From positions 1,232-65,231 of the forward strand of contig CAZNMF010000049.1 in assembly GCA_964573795.1 (NCBI GenBank): a stretch of 64,000 nt of DNA, in the 5' to 3' direction. The notes under the pieces were generated by a model, which saw nothing but the letters and a program-made list of their open reading frames with translations, ran no database searches and was not told the DNA's origin. A program made the position numbers and the translations under genes. Positions 31,944 to 41,415 of this stretch are shown piece by piece. The stretch comes from an uncultured Solibacteraceae bacterium (GTDB taxonomy: Bacteria; Acidobacteriota; Vicinamibacteria; Vicinamibacterales; SCN-69-37). Numbering within the stretch: position 1 is the stretch's first letter; every line of letters begins with the position of its first letter.

Positions 31944-33725
31944 ATGCAACCGCCATCCGTTCAACCGCAGCCGACGACCCTGTCCGGGAACGAGCGTGAC
32001 ATCCTGCTGACGCTGTTCGATCTCGGCCGGAAGATCGCCTCGGTCATCGAGCTCGACGAGCTGCTGCCACGCATTCCTGAGCTGGTCGGCCGGTTGATTC
32101 CATTCGACGCGTTCGCGGTCTATCTCGTCAGCGAAAAGCGGCAGATGTTCAAGCTCGGCTACGCCATCGGGTATCCGGACGACGCCGCGCGCGCCGAGCT
32201 CAGCCTGTCGGACGGGGTGCTCGGACGCGTGGTGACGACGCAGCAGCCGCTCGTCATCGGCGACGTCACCGCCGACCCGAGTTACGTCAGCGTCGTGCCA
32301 GGCATGCACGCGACGCTCGCGGTGCCGCTGATCCACAAGTCGAAGGCGATCGGCGTCCTGAACGTGCTCAGCCGCGAGCGCGATCGCTATTCGGAGCGCG
32401 ACGTCGCCATCCTGCGCCAGTTCGCCGCGCACGTTGCCACCGCGCTCGTCAACGCGCGCCTGTTTGCGCAGGAACGTCACGACGCCGAAGCGTTCGAGAC
32501 GCTGGCGGAGGTCGGCCGCGAGATGGCCGGCCTGCTCGATCTCGATCGGCTGCTCGCGCGCATCGCGCAGCTCGGACGGCGGCTCGTCGACTATCGGACG
32601 TTCGGCATCCTGCTCCTGAACGAGGCGACCGGCGAGCTCGAGATCAAGGCCGCCGTGCAGTACGGCGAACAGGTCGTCCTGCCGAAGGTACCGGTCGGCG
32701 AAGGCCTCGTCGGGTACGCGGCCAAGTATCGCGAGCCGGTCTACGCGCCCGACGTCTCGAAGGATCCGCGCTATATCCAGGTGCTCGAGGACGTGCGCTC
32801 CGAGCTCGTCGTGCCGATGCTCGTCAAGGATCGCTGCGTCGGCGTGTTCGATCTCGAAAGCCCCGACCTCGACGCGTTCTCCAAGCGCGACATCGAGATC
32901 CTCAAGCTGCTGGCGAGCCAGGCGGCCGTGGCGATCGAGAACGCGCGGCTCTATGCCGAGCTGTCCGCCAACGAGGCGCGGCTCGAGCGGGAGCTGCGCT
33001 TCGCGCAGCGCGTGCAGACGGCGCTGCTGCCGACGCAATTGCCGAAAAAGGTCCGCGGCGTGGATCTGGCCGTCTCGTTCGCGCCGGCGCGCGAGCTCGG
33101 CGGCGACTTCCACGACCTGCTCGTCCCCGAGTCCAACACGCTCATCGTGGCGGTGGGCGACGTGTCGGGCAAGGGCGTGCCCGCCGCGCTGTATTCCGTG
33201 TTCGCCGGCGAGCTGGTGCGCGGCCGCACGTTCCGCCGCCGCTATCTGCCGGAGCGATCGTCGCCAGCCAAAGTGCTGATGTCGATCAACACGATCCTCC
33301 ACGAACGACAGTTGGAGGAGTACTACTGCACGCTGTGCTACGCGTTCTTCGATTTGAAACGGCGGACCGTGACGCTCGCGAATTCGGGCGTGCCGTATCC
33401 GATCCGCGTCACCCATGGCGTCGTCAGCCAGATCGAGCTGCCGGGCGTGCCGTTGGGATCGTTCTTCGGTGTGAGCTACGACGAGGTCACGCTGCCGCTG
33501 GAGATCGGCGACGTGTTCTTCTTCGGATCCGACGGCGTGTTCGAGGCGATGAACGCGGCAAGTGAGGAGTTCTCGTCCGCGCGCGTCATGGAGATCGTCC
33601 GCGACGCCCGCACGCAGTCCGCCGCCGAGATCGTCGATCGCGTCTCGCAGGCGATCGAAAGCCATCGCGCCGGCTTTCCTTCCAACGACGACACGACGAT
33701 GATCGCGCTCCGGATCACGGAGTAA
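31944..33725 (+). CDS. GAF-GAF-PP2C (SpoIIE/RsbU-type) serine phosphatase
   Basis: Two GAF-like modules (...GVLGRVVTTQQPLVIGDV...AVPL...; ...GLVGYAAKYREPVYAPDV...VVPM...), followed by ...RELGGDFHDLL...VAVGDVSGKGVPAAL...GSDGVFEA...NDDTTMIALRI. Confidence 0.85.
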   Translation: MQPPSVQPQPTTLSGNERDILLTLFDLGRKIASVIELDELLPRIPELVGRLIPFDAFAVYLVSEKRQMFKLGYAIGYPDDAARAELSLSDGVLGRVVTTQQPLVIGDVTADPSYVSVVPGMHATLAVPLIHKSKAIGVLNVLSRERDRYSERDVAILRQFAAHVATALVNARLFAQERHDAEAFETLAEVGREMAGLLDLDRLLARIAQLGRRLVDYRTFGILLLNEATGELEIKAAVQYGEQVVLPKVPVGEGLVGYAAKYREPVYAPDVSKDPRYIQVLEDVRSELVVPMLVKDRCVGVFDLESPDLDAFSKRDIEILKLLASQAAVAIENARLYAELSANEARLERELRFAQRVQTALLPTQLPKKVRGVDLAVSFAPARELGGDFHDLLVPESNTLIVAVGDVSGKGVPAALYSVFAGELVRGRTFRRRYLPERSSPAKVLMSINTILHERQLEEYYCTLCYAFFDLKRRTVTLANSGVPYPIRVTHGVVSQIELPGVPLGSFFGVSYDEVTLPLEIGDVFFFGSDGVFEAMNAASEEFSSARVMEIVRDARTQSAAEIVDRVSQAIESHRAGFPSNDDTTMIALRITE

Positions 33726-33731
33726 GCGATC

Positions 33732-33864
33732 GCCCGGGTCTGAAGACCGGGCTATATCGGGCTACGGGCTACAGGCTACGGGCTACAGGCGACGGGCGAC
33801 GGACATCAAGCCTCACCCGCGTGTCTGTCTGCGTACAGATGTAGGCCGGGTCTTCAGACCCGGC
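33732..33864. repeat. Pair of mutually inverted GC-rich hairpins about 113 bp apart (REPIN/BIME-like doublet)
   Basis: Left hairpin gcccgggtcTGAAgaccgggc (33732-33752, one bulge). Right hairpin gccgggtcTTCAgacccggc (33845-33864, perfect 8 bp), preceded by GTAG. The two are reverse complements of each other. Confidence 0.45.
33759..33802. repeat. 7-bp tandem array (GGGCTAC)n, 6 units
   Basis: GGGCTAC GGGCTAC AGGCTAC GGGCTAC AGGCGAC GGGCGAC, read directly. Located inside the hairpin doublet. Confidence 0.85.
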
Positions 33865-33874
33865 GATCAGAAGC

Positions 33875-33903
33875 CCCCGGACCGGAGATCAACCGGTCCG
33901 GGG
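33875..33903. other. Perfect 11-bp stem hairpin CCCCGGACCGG-agatcaa-CCGGTCCGGGG
   Basis: Read directly. Lies between convergent genes and has no U-tract on either strand, so it is not a canonical intrinsic terminator. Confidence 0.4.
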
Positions 33904-34201
33904 ATGGAGCGAGGTCGGAACGGGGAAACGTACACGAGAACGGAAAGAAGAGAACGCGGAAGTGAGCCGCCACTTGTCGGTGAACGAACGGCCGGAGTGC
34001 GACGATGCCAGCGCCTGCCTGTCGTTGTTGACGCACCCCGGTGACGCCTGACGGCTCGCGCCATTGGACTTCAAGACGCGTGCCGTACCGCGCGCGCGAA
34101 AACGCGCGCGTCGCGCCGGCAAAAATTGGTGATGTCCGCTTCAAAGGACCGCACGTGCGAGGCCAGTGCCCCGCGCCGGGGACAGCCGCCCCGGCCCGCG
34201 A

Positions 34202-35398
34202 TCAGGCCTGCGCGACGTGCGCGGCTGCCGTCGTCTCGCACGGATTGATCATCGTCGCGAACTGCGCGGCGATCAGGCGGGCGAGGGCGACGACGTCGCC
34301 CGACGGTTTGGTCTCGTAGACTTCGGCGGCCAGGACGCCGTTGCAGCCCTCGGCGGTGACGAGCGGGACTGCGATCGCGCTCGTGGTGCCTGGGCCGGTG
34401 CCCGGAACGGTCTGCGGGCGCACCGTGCGGTAGGACAGAGACGTCACGTTCTCCGCGTCGACATCCAGCGCGTTGAGCTTGAGGAGGACCCGCTCCGAAT
34501 AGCCGTGCGTGAGGACGGGAAGCAGGCTCGTCCGCTCCTGGTTCACGACCCAGAGAATGAGACCGCTGGCCTCGAGAACCTTCGCGGTGCGCTCGAGCAG
34601 CGTCTGCATGTCGCGTGCGTCCATCACGCGAGCCAGATCCACGCAGAGCTCGGCGGCTTCAGTCAGGTTGACCGGCGGCAGGGCTGGCGGTGCCGGAACG
34701 GTGAGCTTGATGGGCGCCGGTGTGGTCGCGCTCGTCGCGGCCGGCGACTTGACCGGCGGCGGCAGCTCACGAAGCATGTCGGCGATCGTCGCCGGAGTCG
34801 CTTCGGACGCGCGGCTGGCACGGCCGGCGGCGAACGACAGCACCAGCACGGCCAGAAGCGCGAGCGGCGCCATGACAAGCCGGACGATCGACTGCTTGTT
34901 CAGCGTGGCCGATGCGGTCTCGATCGCGGCCGTACGGGCGGCCGTGAGCTCGCTGGCGACGAGTTGGGCCGGCGCTGCGCTGTCGGTGAAGATGACGTCC
35001 GACGCGACGAATCGCTGATCGCTTTGCAGCGCCGTCCGCGCGCGCTTGTCCTGGCTCATCAGATCCGCGATCGCGGACGTCGCGGCTTCGACATGGCCTG
35101 CAGCCGCCGGGCTGCCGACCGCATCACGCAAGCGCATCAGGCCCGCATCGAACTGCTCGGACAGCTCCGTCGCGCGCCGCATCCAGAAGTCCGGGCTCTG
35201 GTTGGCGGCCAGATACGACGCCTGTGCCGCGCGCAGATCGGAGAGCGTCACGGACAGCGCGGCGGTCTCCGTCTCGACGGTCGAGAGGCGTGACTGTCCG
35301 GCAGTGATGGATTGATGGAGGCGGAAATCCTGGAGGGCGGTTCCGGCGGCAATCAGACAAGCAAGCGTCAGCAGAACACGAAAGCGGGTGCTCTTCAC
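34202..35398 (-). CDS. Membrane-anchored protein with helical N-terminal region and C-terminal GAF-like domain
   Basis: 398 aa with a GTG start. Signal/TM at the N-terminus and a second TM (...IVRLVMAPLALLAVLVLSFAAG...). The C-terminus (...LILWVVNQERTSLLPVLTHGYS...AIAVPLVTAEGCNGVLAAE...) looks GAF-like. Confidence 0.65.
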   Translation of the reverse strand: MKSTRFRVLLTLACLIAAGTALQDFRLHQSITAGQSRLSTVETETAALSVTLSDLRAAQASYLAANQSPDFWMRRATELSEQFDAGLMRLRDAVGSPAAAGHVEAATSAIADLMSQDKRARTALQSDQRFVASDVIFTDSAAPAQLVASELTAARTAAIETASATLNKQSIVRLVMAPLALLAVLVLSFAAGRASRASEATPATIADMLRELPPPVKSPAATSATTPAPIKLTVPAPPALPPVNLTEAAELCVDLARVMDARDMQTLLERTAKVLEASGLILWVVNQERTSLLPVLTHGYSERVLLKLNALDVDAENVTSLSYRTVRPQTVPGTGPGTTSAIAVPLVTAEGCNGVLAAEVYETKPSGDVVALARLIAAQFATMINPCETTAAAHVAQA

Positions 35399-35483
35399 CT
35401 GTTCGCCCTCATATATTGGGCGTTACTATAGCAGTCCCCTCTGGTCAGGTGATCCGAAAATCGTCAGTGTTCGCGCGGAAATG

Positions 35484-37247
35484 TCACGAGCGCGGGCGAA
35501 GGACGACGTACGCCGGCAGGCCAGCCGCACGGATGCGCTGCATCAATTCCCTGGCGGGAGAGACATCGGGGCTCTCCGCCTGGAACTTGATCTTCGTGTA
35601 GCTCTTCAACGCCGCCGTGACGGCGGGATCGGCGAGCGTCGTGCGATCCATCACGAAGCAGTTCTTGCACCACGTCGCCCAGAAGTCGACGAGCACCAGG
35701 GTGCGCTCGCGCTTGGCCGTCTCGAGGCCCTCGACCAGCGACGCGTGCCAGCCCTCTTTCAGCTTTTCCTGCACGCCTGCGGAGACGCTGGCGGGATCGA
35801 CCCAGCGGTTGGCGAAGCCTTCGTACGCGAGGTAGCCGTAATACGCCGCGGTCGCGAGGATGAAGACGCCCATCGCCTGCTTGACGCGGACCATCCACAT
35901 GCCCGGCTTCGGCAGCGCGGACAGGCCGGCACCGGCGATCGGCCACGGCAGCGCCATGCCCAGGCCGAGCACGAACGGCAACGCGAGCGCCGACGTGTGG
36001 CTGGCCGCGTACATGTCGCTCGCGAACACGACGACCTGAATGACGACGGGCGCGACGCAGGCGCCGGCGAGCAGCGCGGCGACCGCGCCCATGCCGAACG
36101 CAAGCATGGCCGTGCCGCGGCTTTCCTGCTTGAACTGAATCTTGCTCGAGTAGCGCGAGAAGTCGATGCTGATGACGTCGAACATCGCCAGCGCGAGCAC
36201 GACGAAGAGCAGCGCGATGCCGACGTTGAACCACGGCGACGCGTTGATCGTGCCGAACGTGCCGGCCGTGAGGATGACGACGAGCCCGAGCACGCCGTAG
36301 GTCAGCGCCATGGCCGCGCCGTAGACCGAGCCCAGGACGAAGCCGCGTCCGCGGCCCGCGCCGCCCTTGGCTCCGGCGCCGATGATCGCCAGGTTGATCG
36401 GAATCATCGGCAGGACGCACGGCGTCAGGTTGAGCGCCAGGCCGCCGAGAAAAACGATCGCGAGAATCGCCAGCGGCCCGCGGCCATCGAACATGCCCTG
36501 CTGTTTGACGCCGTTCTCCGCGTCGTGCAGGAACGTGAGGAACTCGGCGGACGTCATGTAGCCGCCGGTGGCGAGGATGTCGAACTGATCGAACAGCGCG
36601 ACGGTCTCTTCCGGCGTCGCGGCCGCGATCGTTGTCGATGCCGCAGGCGCCGGCGCTGCGGCCGGCGTCGCGTCCGCGCCTGGCGTCTCGCCTTTGCCGA
36701 ACGCAATCGTGCCGAACACGTCGCGGTGCTGCGCGGCCGGAAGCGCCCGCGTCGCCGGCGTGATCGTGAACGTCCACTGCGTGCCGACGTGCGTGGGACG
36801 GAAGCACGTCGTGTCGTTGCAGGCCTGGTAGTAGAGCTCGCCCGGTACCGTGACCGCGCCGGCCGGCGCGGCCTTGCCGATCTCGAATTGCACGCCGACG
36901 ATCATCGTCTTCTCGTACACGGCGAGTGGCTGGTCAAAGCCGGGCAGCGGAAGATCGATCGACGCGGGGAAGACGAGCTCGCGGACGGTGACGCCCGCCG
37001 GCGGGGTGAACGTCAGATTCGTCGGCTTCAGCGACGGGTCGCTCGGCCTGTGCGACTGGATGTGCAGGTCGTCGGGAATGACGACGCGCAGGGCGGCGCG
37101 CAGGGTCGTGCCCGGATGGGCTTCCGCGCGCTCGACGAGTCCCTCGCCGACCAGCGGCCCTGGACCCAACTGTCGCGCCCGCGGCACAGCCGCCGCGGCC
37201 GTCAGCAGCAGGGCGGCGCCGATGAGAACGAGTCGTCGTGGGCTCAT
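35484..37247 (-). CDS. dsbD: Thiol:disulfide interchange protein DsbD-type (N-terminal domain + CcdA-like TM core + C-terminal thioredoxin)
   Basis: Inner start MSPRRLVLIGAALLL (signal). TM core with ...LNLTPCVLPMIP... and ...AGACVAPVV..., and C-terminal thioredoxin fold DFWATWCKNC. The track ORF 35484..38234 extends spuriously upstream into nuoG. Confidence 0.85.
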   Translation of the reverse strand: MSPRRLVLIGAALLLTAAAAVPRARQLGPGPLVGEGLVERAEAHPGTTLRAALRVVIPDDLHIQSHRPSDPSLKPTNLTFTPPAGVTVRELVFPASIDLPLPGFDQPLAVYEKTMIVGVQFEIGKAAPAGAVTVPGELYYQACNDTTCFRPTHVGTQWTFTITPATRALPAAQHRDVFGTIAFGKGETPGADATPAAAPAPAASTTIAAATPEETVALFDQFDILATGGYMTSAEFLTFLHDAENGVKQQGMFDGRGPLAILAIVFLGGLALNLTPCVLPMIPINLAIIGAGAKGGAGRGRGFVLGSVYGAAMALTYGVLGLVVILTAGTFGTINASPWFNVGIALLFVVLALAMFDVISIDFSRYSSKIQFKQESRGTAMLAFGMGAVAALLAGACVAPVVIQVVVFASDMYAASHTSALALPFVLGLGMALPWPIAGAGLSALPKPGMWMVRVKQAMGVFILATAAYYGYLAYEGFANRWVDPASVSAGVQEKLKEGWHASLVEGLETAKRERTLVLVDFWATWCKNCFVMDRTTLADPAVTAALKSYTKIKFQAESPDVSPARELMQRIRAAGLPAYVVLRPRS

Positions 37248-37267
37248 GGCGCGCGGACGCGGTGGTC

Positions 37268-39043
37268 CTACTTCACTTCCTTGAGCGGAATCACTTCCGC
37301 GCGGGGCAGCGGGCCGAAGTCCTCGCCGAACTTGATTGGCGGCAGGTCCTGGAACATGAAGTCCCACTTCCAGCGCTCGGACGGATTCGAGGCCTGCAGC
37401 CAGTGCTTCGCAGAGACCGGGCGGTTGAACGTGACCGTCGCCAGAGCCGCGTAGCCTGGGACGTCCTTCAGCCGCTCCGCGATCGCGTGGCGGATCGCGT
37501 TCGCCGACGTGTAGCTGATCGTCGCGCCGAACACCGGGCCGAGCTTGCCGAGAATCTGCCAGTCTTCGATTGCGTCTCCCGGCGGCGTGATGACCATCGA
37601 CGCGGCCTGCACGTGACCCGTGACGTTCGTGTAGGTCGCGTCCTTCTCGACGAACGCGGAGCCCGGCAGCACGATGTCCGCGGCCTCGGCGAGCGGCGTG
37701 TGCAGCACGCCCTGGACGATGAGCGTCTGAATCTTGCCGGCAGCACGCGCCGCGAGGATCCAGTCGACGTCGCCGATCGAGCCGTCTGGGCCGGGATCGA
37801 GCACGTAGAGCACATTCGCCTGGCCGGATTCGACGACGGATTTGATGGCGGAGAGATCGGCGGGCGCGCTCTCGCGTCCGACGGGGAAGCCGAGATCGCG
37901 CGCGCCGCGCACGTTCGGCGCGTCGACGGCCGGGATGCGGAACTTCGTGTTGGCCGGCTGCGGCTTCTCGCGGTAGCGCCAGCCGAAGCTCACGCCGCCG
38001 GCCTGGCCGGCGATCTCCTGCAGGACGAACAGCTCTTCGAGCGACGCGTGACCCGAGACGAAGAAGTACACGTTCGACGGTCCGCCCGCGGCCGTGACGG
38101 CATCGCCAACGGCGGTCAGCGCGTCGCCCCAGGGCAGCGCGTCGGCCGTCGCGCCGCGCCGCACGTGCGGCTGCAGCAGGCGGCGGTTGCCTTCGACCCA
38201 GTGATAGTCGAAGCGGCCGATGTCGCACATCCAATAGCTGTTGATTTCAGGGTTCAGGCGCGGCGTCATGCGCACGAGGCGCGCGCCCTTGGCCCATTCC
38301 GGCTTGGCTTTGATCCACGCCGTCGTGTTGCAGCCGCGCTCGCACAGCGTGCAGATCGTGTCGACCGCGTGCGGGTTGTCCCACGGCCGCGACTTGAACC
38401 GGTAGTCGCGCGTCGTGATCGCGCCGACCGGGCAGACGTCCATCAGGTTGCCCGAGAGCAGCGACACGACGCCGTGCTCTTCGAACGTGGCGATTTCGCT
38501 GCCGTAGCCGCGATTCGCGATGGCGATCTGCGCGTCGCCGTCCACTTCGCGCATGAACCGCACGCAGCGCGTGCAGAGAATGCAGCGGTTGCGGTTGAGC
38601 ATCAGCGTCGGGCCGAAGTCGACGTCGGCCTTGACGCCCTCGCCGTCGAACACGCGGCGCGGGAACTCCATCCGGCTGCGCTCCGGTCCGAACGTGTACG
38701 AGAAGTCCTGGAGCGGACACTCGCCGCCTTTGTCGCAGACGGGGCAGTCGAGCGGATGATTGGCGAGGAGGAACTCGAACACGCTGGCGCGCGCGGCCTG
38801 GACCTCGGCCGAGCCCGTCGTGACGACCATGCCGTCCGTGCAGATCGTCGAGCACGACGTCTGCAGCTTCGGCATCTTCTCGATCTTCACGATGCAGACG
38901 CGGCAGGAGCCGTCGACGCCGAGGCCGGGGTGGTAGCAGTAGTACGGCACGGAGATGCCGCTCTTGATGGCGGCCTGAAGGACCGTCTGTCCCTTCTCTA
39001 CCGTGACTTCGCGGCCGTCGATTGTCAGCGTGACGGTATCCAT
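37268..39043 (-). CDS. nuoG: NADH-quinone oxidoreductase subunit G-like Fe-S protein (orphan, no other nuo genes nearby)
   Basis: Start MDTVTLTIDGREV. The 2Fe-2S region is CYHPGLGVDGSCRVCIV, with HPLDCPVCDKGGECPLQD, CILCTRCVRF, CPVGAIT and CTLCERGCN, followed by a truncated molybdopterin-oxidoreductase-like domain. Confidence 0.8.
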   Translation of the reverse strand: MDTVTLTIDGREVTVEKGQTVLQAAIKSGISVPYYCYHPGLGVDGSCRVCIVKIEKMPKLQTSCSTICTDGMVVTTGSAEVQAARASVFEFLLANHPLDCPVCDKGGECPLQDFSYTFGPERSRMEFPRRVFDGEGVKADVDFGPTLMLNRNRCILCTRCVRFMREVDGDAQIAIANRGYGSEIATFEEHGVVSLLSGNLMDVCPVGAITTRDYRFKSRPWDNPHAVDTICTLCERGCNTTAWIKAKPEWAKGARLVRMTPRLNPEINSYWMCDIGRFDYHWVEGNRRLLQPHVRRGATADALPWGDALTAVGDAVTAAGGPSNVYFFVSGHASLEELFVLQEIAGQAGGVSFGWRYREKPQPANTKFRIPAVDAPNVRGARDLGFPVGRESAPADLSAIKSVVESGQANVLYVLDPGPDGSIGDVDWILAARAAGKIQTLIVQGVLHTPLAEAADIVLPGSAFVEKDATYTNVTGHVQAASMVITPPGDAIEDWQILGKLGPVFGATISYTSANAIRHAIAERLKDVPGYAALATVTFNRPVSAKHWLQASNPSERWKWDFMFQDLPPIKFGEDFGPLPRAEVIPLKEVK

Positions 39044-39083
39044 AACGGGTCGATCATATCCCAAGGAAACGGGGGAGTTTCCG

Positions 39084-40112
39084 CTACCGCCCTTCGCGAT
39101 CCAGCAGCTCGTGCAGCAGCACCTGGATGATGGCCGCGGTGGGGACGGCGAGCAGCGCGCCGACGATGCCGAGCAGCTCGGAGCCGATGAGCAGGGCCGC
39201 GATGACCGTGACCGGGCTGACGCCGACCTGGCGCTCCATCACGCGCGGGACCAGGAAGTGGTTCTCGATGAACTGCTGTGTCGCGAAATAGATGATGGCG
39301 AAGACGCCCGTGTGGACCGACACCGTCATTGCCACGAGCACGGCCGGAATCGCGGCGAGGATCGGGCCCACGACGGGGATCAGCTCGCCGATCGCCGCGA
39401 GCAGCGCGAGCACGTAGAAGTACGGCACGCCCAGCAGCCAGAGGCCGAGCGCGGCCGTCGTGCCGATGATGCCCGACAGCAGCAGCTGGCCGCCGAGCCA
39501 CGCGCTGACCTTCACCGTCACGCTGTGAATCACCCGCGCCAGCATCGCGCGATGTTCGCGCGCGAAGAGACGGACGAACGCGACCTGCAGCGCCGGCGCT
39601 TCGAGCAGCAGGTAGGAGGGCAGCACGAGCACCGTGACGAGCGCGCCAATCACGCCGAGCACGCCCTGGAGCGCGCCGAGCACCCCCACCAGCGCGACGC
39701 CCGGGTTGGGCGTCTGCCGCAGCAGCTCGCTCCATGAGTACGTGTGCGCGATGAGGTGATTGCGCAGCAGCACGTCCTGGAACGTATCGACGTAGGCCGG
39801 CAGGTTCGTCCACAGCTCGCGGCCCTGCGTGATGAGCGGTGGGATCACGAGCGTAATCGCGAGCACGATCGCGGCGATCAGGCCGAGATAGATGATGAGG
39901 ATTGCGACCCAGCGCGGCATGCGCCGGCCGGCCGCGCGTCGCTCGAGCCAGCGCACGGCCGGGCTCATGCCGATCGCCAGCAAGCCCGCGACATAGAGCA
40001 GCAGCAGGACCTGCCGCAGCAGGAACGCCGCGTAGAGCAGCACGATGCCCGAGAGCGCCGTGAAGACGCCGAAGACGATCAGGCTGCGCGGGTTGCGGCG
40101 GGTCGCGTTCAC
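39084..40112 (-). CDS. AI-2E family transporter (PerM/YhhT, UPF0118)
   Basis: 342 aa and polytopic, with the typical C-terminal ...LIGSELLGIVGALLAVPTAAII... segment. Confidence 0.85.
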   Translation of the reverse strand: MNATRRNPRSLIVFGVFTALSGIVLLYAAFLLRQVLLLLYVAGLLAIGMSPAVRWLERRAAGRRMPRWVAILIIYLGLIAAIVLAITLVIPPLITQGRELWTNLPAYVDTFQDVLLRNHLIAHTYSWSELLRQTPNPGVALVGVLGALQGVLGVIGALVTVLVLPSYLLLEAPALQVAFVRLFAREHRAMLARVIHSVTVKVSAWLGGQLLLSGIIGTTAALGLWLLGVPYFYVLALLAAIGELIPVVGPILAAIPAVLVAMTVSVHTGVFAIIYFATQQFIENHFLVPRVMERQVGVSPVTVIAALLIGSELLGIVGALLAVPTAAIIQVLLHELLDREGR

Positions 40113-41317
40113 CGGCTCAGGAATCTGGCGGTGAAATCCGCCATGTCGTCGTAGATCGCGTCGAGCTCGTCAGGCGGCGCCAGATAGACGATGCGGAAGA
40201 AGCCGTCGGCCGGCGCGGTGCCGAACCCCGATCCGTACACGCACAGGATGCCCGTGTCGCGCAGCAGGGCGAGGATGTAGTCCTGATCCGTCGTGCCGCG
40301 CGGCAGCGTGACCTGCGGCATTGCGTAGAACGCTGCGCGCGGCATCACGCAGCGCATCCCCGGAATCGCCGACAGCCTTCTGGTCGTCAGCTCCGCGCGT
40401 ACGTGCAGGGCGTGCGCGAACGCGGCTTGATGGGCGCGATCGCCGTTGAGCGCCGGCTCGATCGCGTACTGCATCGGGCCAGGGCTGCACAGACGGCCGT
40501 CGGCCATCTTCCTGATGCCGGCGAGCACCTCATCGAGCCGACGGCAGTTGCTGACGACGAGCCATCCCGTCCGCCAGCCCGGCGCGAGATACGCCTTGGA
40601 CAGCGACGAGAAGGAGATGATTGGCGCGTCGGGCGCCAGCGATCCGATGAGCGGCGTGGGGCCGTCGAACGAGACGTCGCCGTACACCTCGTCGGCGAGG
40701 ATCGTCAGACCCGCGCGATCGGCGAAATCGATCACCGCGCGCCGCGTCGCTTCGGGATACACCGCGCCCGTCGGGTTGTTCGGATCGATGACGACGATCG
40801 CGCGCGTCGACGAGGTCGTGCGGCGGCGGATGTCGTCGAGATCGGGCTGCCAGCCGCGCTCGGGATCGGTGCGATAGTAGACGGCGCGCGCGCCGATCTT
40901 GGCCAGCACCGCGGTGTAGAGCGGATACGTCGGCGTCGGCACCAGCACTTCGTCGCCGGGATCGGCGAGCACGCTGAGCGCCAGCTCGATGCCCTCGGAC
41001 GTGCCTTGCGTGACGACGACGCGATCGGCGGGAACGGGCATGCCGCGGCGGGTGTACTCCTGCGCGACGGCGGCGCGCGCCGGCTCGATGCCGGCCGACG
41101 GCACGTAGCCGTTGTGGCCGTCCCGCATGGCGCGCTCGACCGCCTCAATCAGGTGCGGCGGCGTCCTGAACCCGAATTGGACGGGATCGCCGATGTTCAG
41201 ATAGCGCACCCGGCGGCCCGCCGCTTCGACCTTCTTCGCTTCGACGACGATGTTGCGGATCGCGTAGCTGAAGGCGTTCACGCGGGCAGAGACGTGGGCC
41301 GCGGCGCTCGTGGGCAT
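40109..41317 (-). CDS. Class I/II pyridoxal-phosphate aminotransferase (AlaA-like)
   Basis: 402 aa with ...YLNIGDP...GYVPSAGI..., ...VIDPNNPTGAVY..., and the PLP-lysine context SFSSLSKAYLAPGWRTGW. Confidence 0.9.
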   Translation of the reverse strand: MPTSAAAHVSARVNAFSYAIRNIVVEAKKVEAAGRRVRYLNIGDPVQFGFRTPPHLIEAVERAMRDGHNGYVPSAGIEPARAAVAQEYTRRGMPVPADRVVVTQGTSEGIELALSVLADPGDEVLVPTPTYPLYTAVLAKIGARAVYYRTDPERGWQPDLDDIRRRTTSSTRAIVVIDPNNPTGAVYPEATRRAVIDFADRAGLTILADEVYGDVSFDGPTPLIGSLAPDAPIISFSSLSKAYLAPGWRTGWLVVSNCRRLDEVLAGIRKMADGRLCSPGPMQYAIEPALNGDRAHQAAFAHALHVRAELTTRRLSAIPGMRCVMPRAAFYAMPQVTLPRGTTDQDYILALLRDTGILCVYGSGFGTAPADGFFRIVYLAPPDELDAIYDDMADFTARFLSR

Positions 41318-41415
41318 AGAGCCCTATCGTAGCGTAGTGGCCGGAAAATCCCGGCGCGCGTGCAGGTGCAGGCATCGAGGCGAGGGGCCGATAGATGGGG
41401 AAGAGAGCACGAGGC

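Noticed and set aside
35484-38234. 916-aa ORF suggesting a huge DsbD fusion protein.
   Set aside because: The portion upstream of Met at 37247 overlaps the nuoG-like gene, which lies on the same strand in another frame, and translates to Arg/Ala-rich nonsense. The signal peptide MSPRRLVLIGAALLL marks the real start.
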